Shown here piece by piece: positions 62,950 to 64,000 of a DNA stretch of 64,000 nt (position 1 is the first letter of the stretch; the number at the start of each line of letters is the position of its first letter). The translations under genes were made by a program, and so were the position numbers. This DNA is from a virus. Where the stretch lies: the IMG/VR virus record IMGVR_UViG_3300017963_000206; one strand, written 5' to 3'. The notes below the pieces were generated by a model, which saw nothing but the letters and a program-made list of their open reading frames with translations, searched no databases and was not told where the DNA came from.

Positions 62950-63193
62950 GCTTCCCCCTGACCAACATTTCTCCGAATGACCGTAGCAAGTTAGTCGGCG
63001 CAAGAGTCTTAAAAACGGATATCCGTAATTTCTGTTCGTACCGAATAATTTGCCCGTGATGCTCCTGCGGAATCTGCTCGAAGAGTTTCTCAAGCATGTA
63101 ATCGTACACTTCTTTGTTGGGGCATTCCATCACTAAGAATGGTCCCGCTCTCCAACATTTAACTTCCGTGTTCTGTATTTCCTCTGTCTCCAT
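62936..63193 (-). CDS. Hypothetical protein
   Basis: 85-aa ORF with RBS GAGAGGGA. Confidence 0.55.
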   Translation of the reverse strand: METEEIQNTEVKCWRAGPFLVMECPNKEVYDYMLEKLFEQIPQEHHGQIIRYEQKLRISVFKTLAPTNLLRSFGEMLVRGKHVKS

Positions 63194-63986
63194 TGTTCCC
63201 TCTCGCTTTCTTTTCCAACATCATTATCGCTTTGGTTGCATCCTGCATTTTATACGATAAGAGTTCGGTGTAAGAGTTTACCTGAGTACGCAGTTTTTTA
63301 ACTTCCTCCTCCGCTTTTTCCCCGGAGAGATTTCCGGCATCAAGCTCCTTATTAAAATCCATGAGGGCTTGTTCGAGTTCCTCCACGAAACTTTTTTTCA
63401 CTTCGACTTTAAGGAATCCGTGTTGCACATCCATACGGAACGGACGTGGTTTTAATTCAAAATTTTTGTCTGGTTGTTTTTTCCTGCGTTGCAAAGCGTA
63501 GAACGGAAACTTAAGTGCTTCATATTTATGGTCAAGTATAATATCAATGCCGTAAAATTTGTAGATGGTCTTGCCTTCAGACCGTTCCGAGAATTCCGGG
63601 TGCATGTAAAGCTGCTTCCCTTGCATAAGCTCTATAATCATTTTAAATCCGGAACCGTTGCAAGCGATTATAAAATTCTCTTTATCGTAGAGAGCGTGGA
63701 CCGCTCCCATGAGTTCTTCATACAGTTCATCATGTGTAGGAAGTTGGCCTAACTGTTCATCCACATTCCGGAGTTCCATCATCATTATTTGTTGGATTTG
63801 CTCCATGACTTTTTGCTTATCCGGTCCCATAAAAACCTGAGAGGATATACTGAACTTCATATAAAGGTCGTGGTCGCGTCTATGAAAAATAAAATCGACA
63901 CTGTGCGTAACAGTGTCGTGAGGTTGCTGTAAGCGTATCTCGCACTTCAGGAGGGAGGGAAAATGTTCCCGAATTAAATCCATCAA
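63159..63986 (-). CDS. Hypothetical protein with coiled coils
   Basis: 275-aa ORF. Confidence 0.6.
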   Translation of the reverse strand: MMDLIREHFPSLLKCEIRLQQPHDTVTHSVDFIFHRRDHDLYMKFSISSQVFMGPDKQKVMEQIQQIMMMELRNVDEQLGQLPTHDELYEELMGAVHALYDKENFIIACNGSGFKMIIELMQGKQLYMHPEFSERSEGKTIYKFYGIDIILDHKYEALKFPFYALQRRKKQPDKNFELKPRPFRMDVQHGFLKVEVKKSFVEELEQALMDFNKELDAGNLSGEKAEEEVKKLRTQVNSYTELLSYKMQDATKAIMMLEKKARGNNGDRGNTEHGS

Positions 63987-64000
63987 CCAATTCGGTTTAC

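Noticed and set aside
1-64000. Integrated prophage or archaeal virus interpretation
   Set aside because: No integrase, att site or host genes. Sigma70 promoters, AGGAGG sites and a lipobox indicate a bacterial host despite the archaeal-like ThyA.

Overview
A 64-kb slice of a large tailed dsDNA bacteriophage (Caudoviricetes, siphovirus-like non-contractile tail). The host is bacterial, judging from sigma70 promoters, AGGAGG ribosome-binding sites and a lipoprotein. The genetic code is standard. Almost all genes are on the minus strand. Read in transcription order (right to left): an accessory/early region of small genes (many Zn-fingers, PD-(D/E)xK nuclease, transglutaminase-like and HExxH proteins, TopoVI-A-like toprim plus radical SAM); nucleotide and DNA metabolism (HAD phosphatase, half-size PnuC-like, MazG-like, thermonuclease, N4/N6 MTase, SLOG, HNH, ThyA-like); a displaced three-gene structural operon; class II RNR (NrdJ); packaging and head genes (TerL, portal-MuF fusion, Mu-type protease/scaffold, MCP); neck and tail genes (tube, G/GT chaperones with a -1 slippery site, tape measure, hub, two multi-beta-helix tailspikes); and a lysis-type cassette. 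The most unusual parts are: (i) a 7.2-kb polyvalent enzyme cassette (MBL hydrolase, two Dam-like MTases, nucleotidyltransferase, OB, ASCH and LigD-phosphoesterase-like domains) wedged between portal-MuF and the head protease; (ii) an apparently inactivated zincin fused to portal-MuF; (iii) a stand-alone receiver domain next to the holin; (iv) promoter/terminator-bounded small RNA units at 0.9-1.2 kb and a folded intergenic RNA at 60.9-61.0 kb. No tRNA, rRNA, CRISPR array, integrase or canonical endolysin was recognised. All domain calls are by motif recognition by eye, not by database search.
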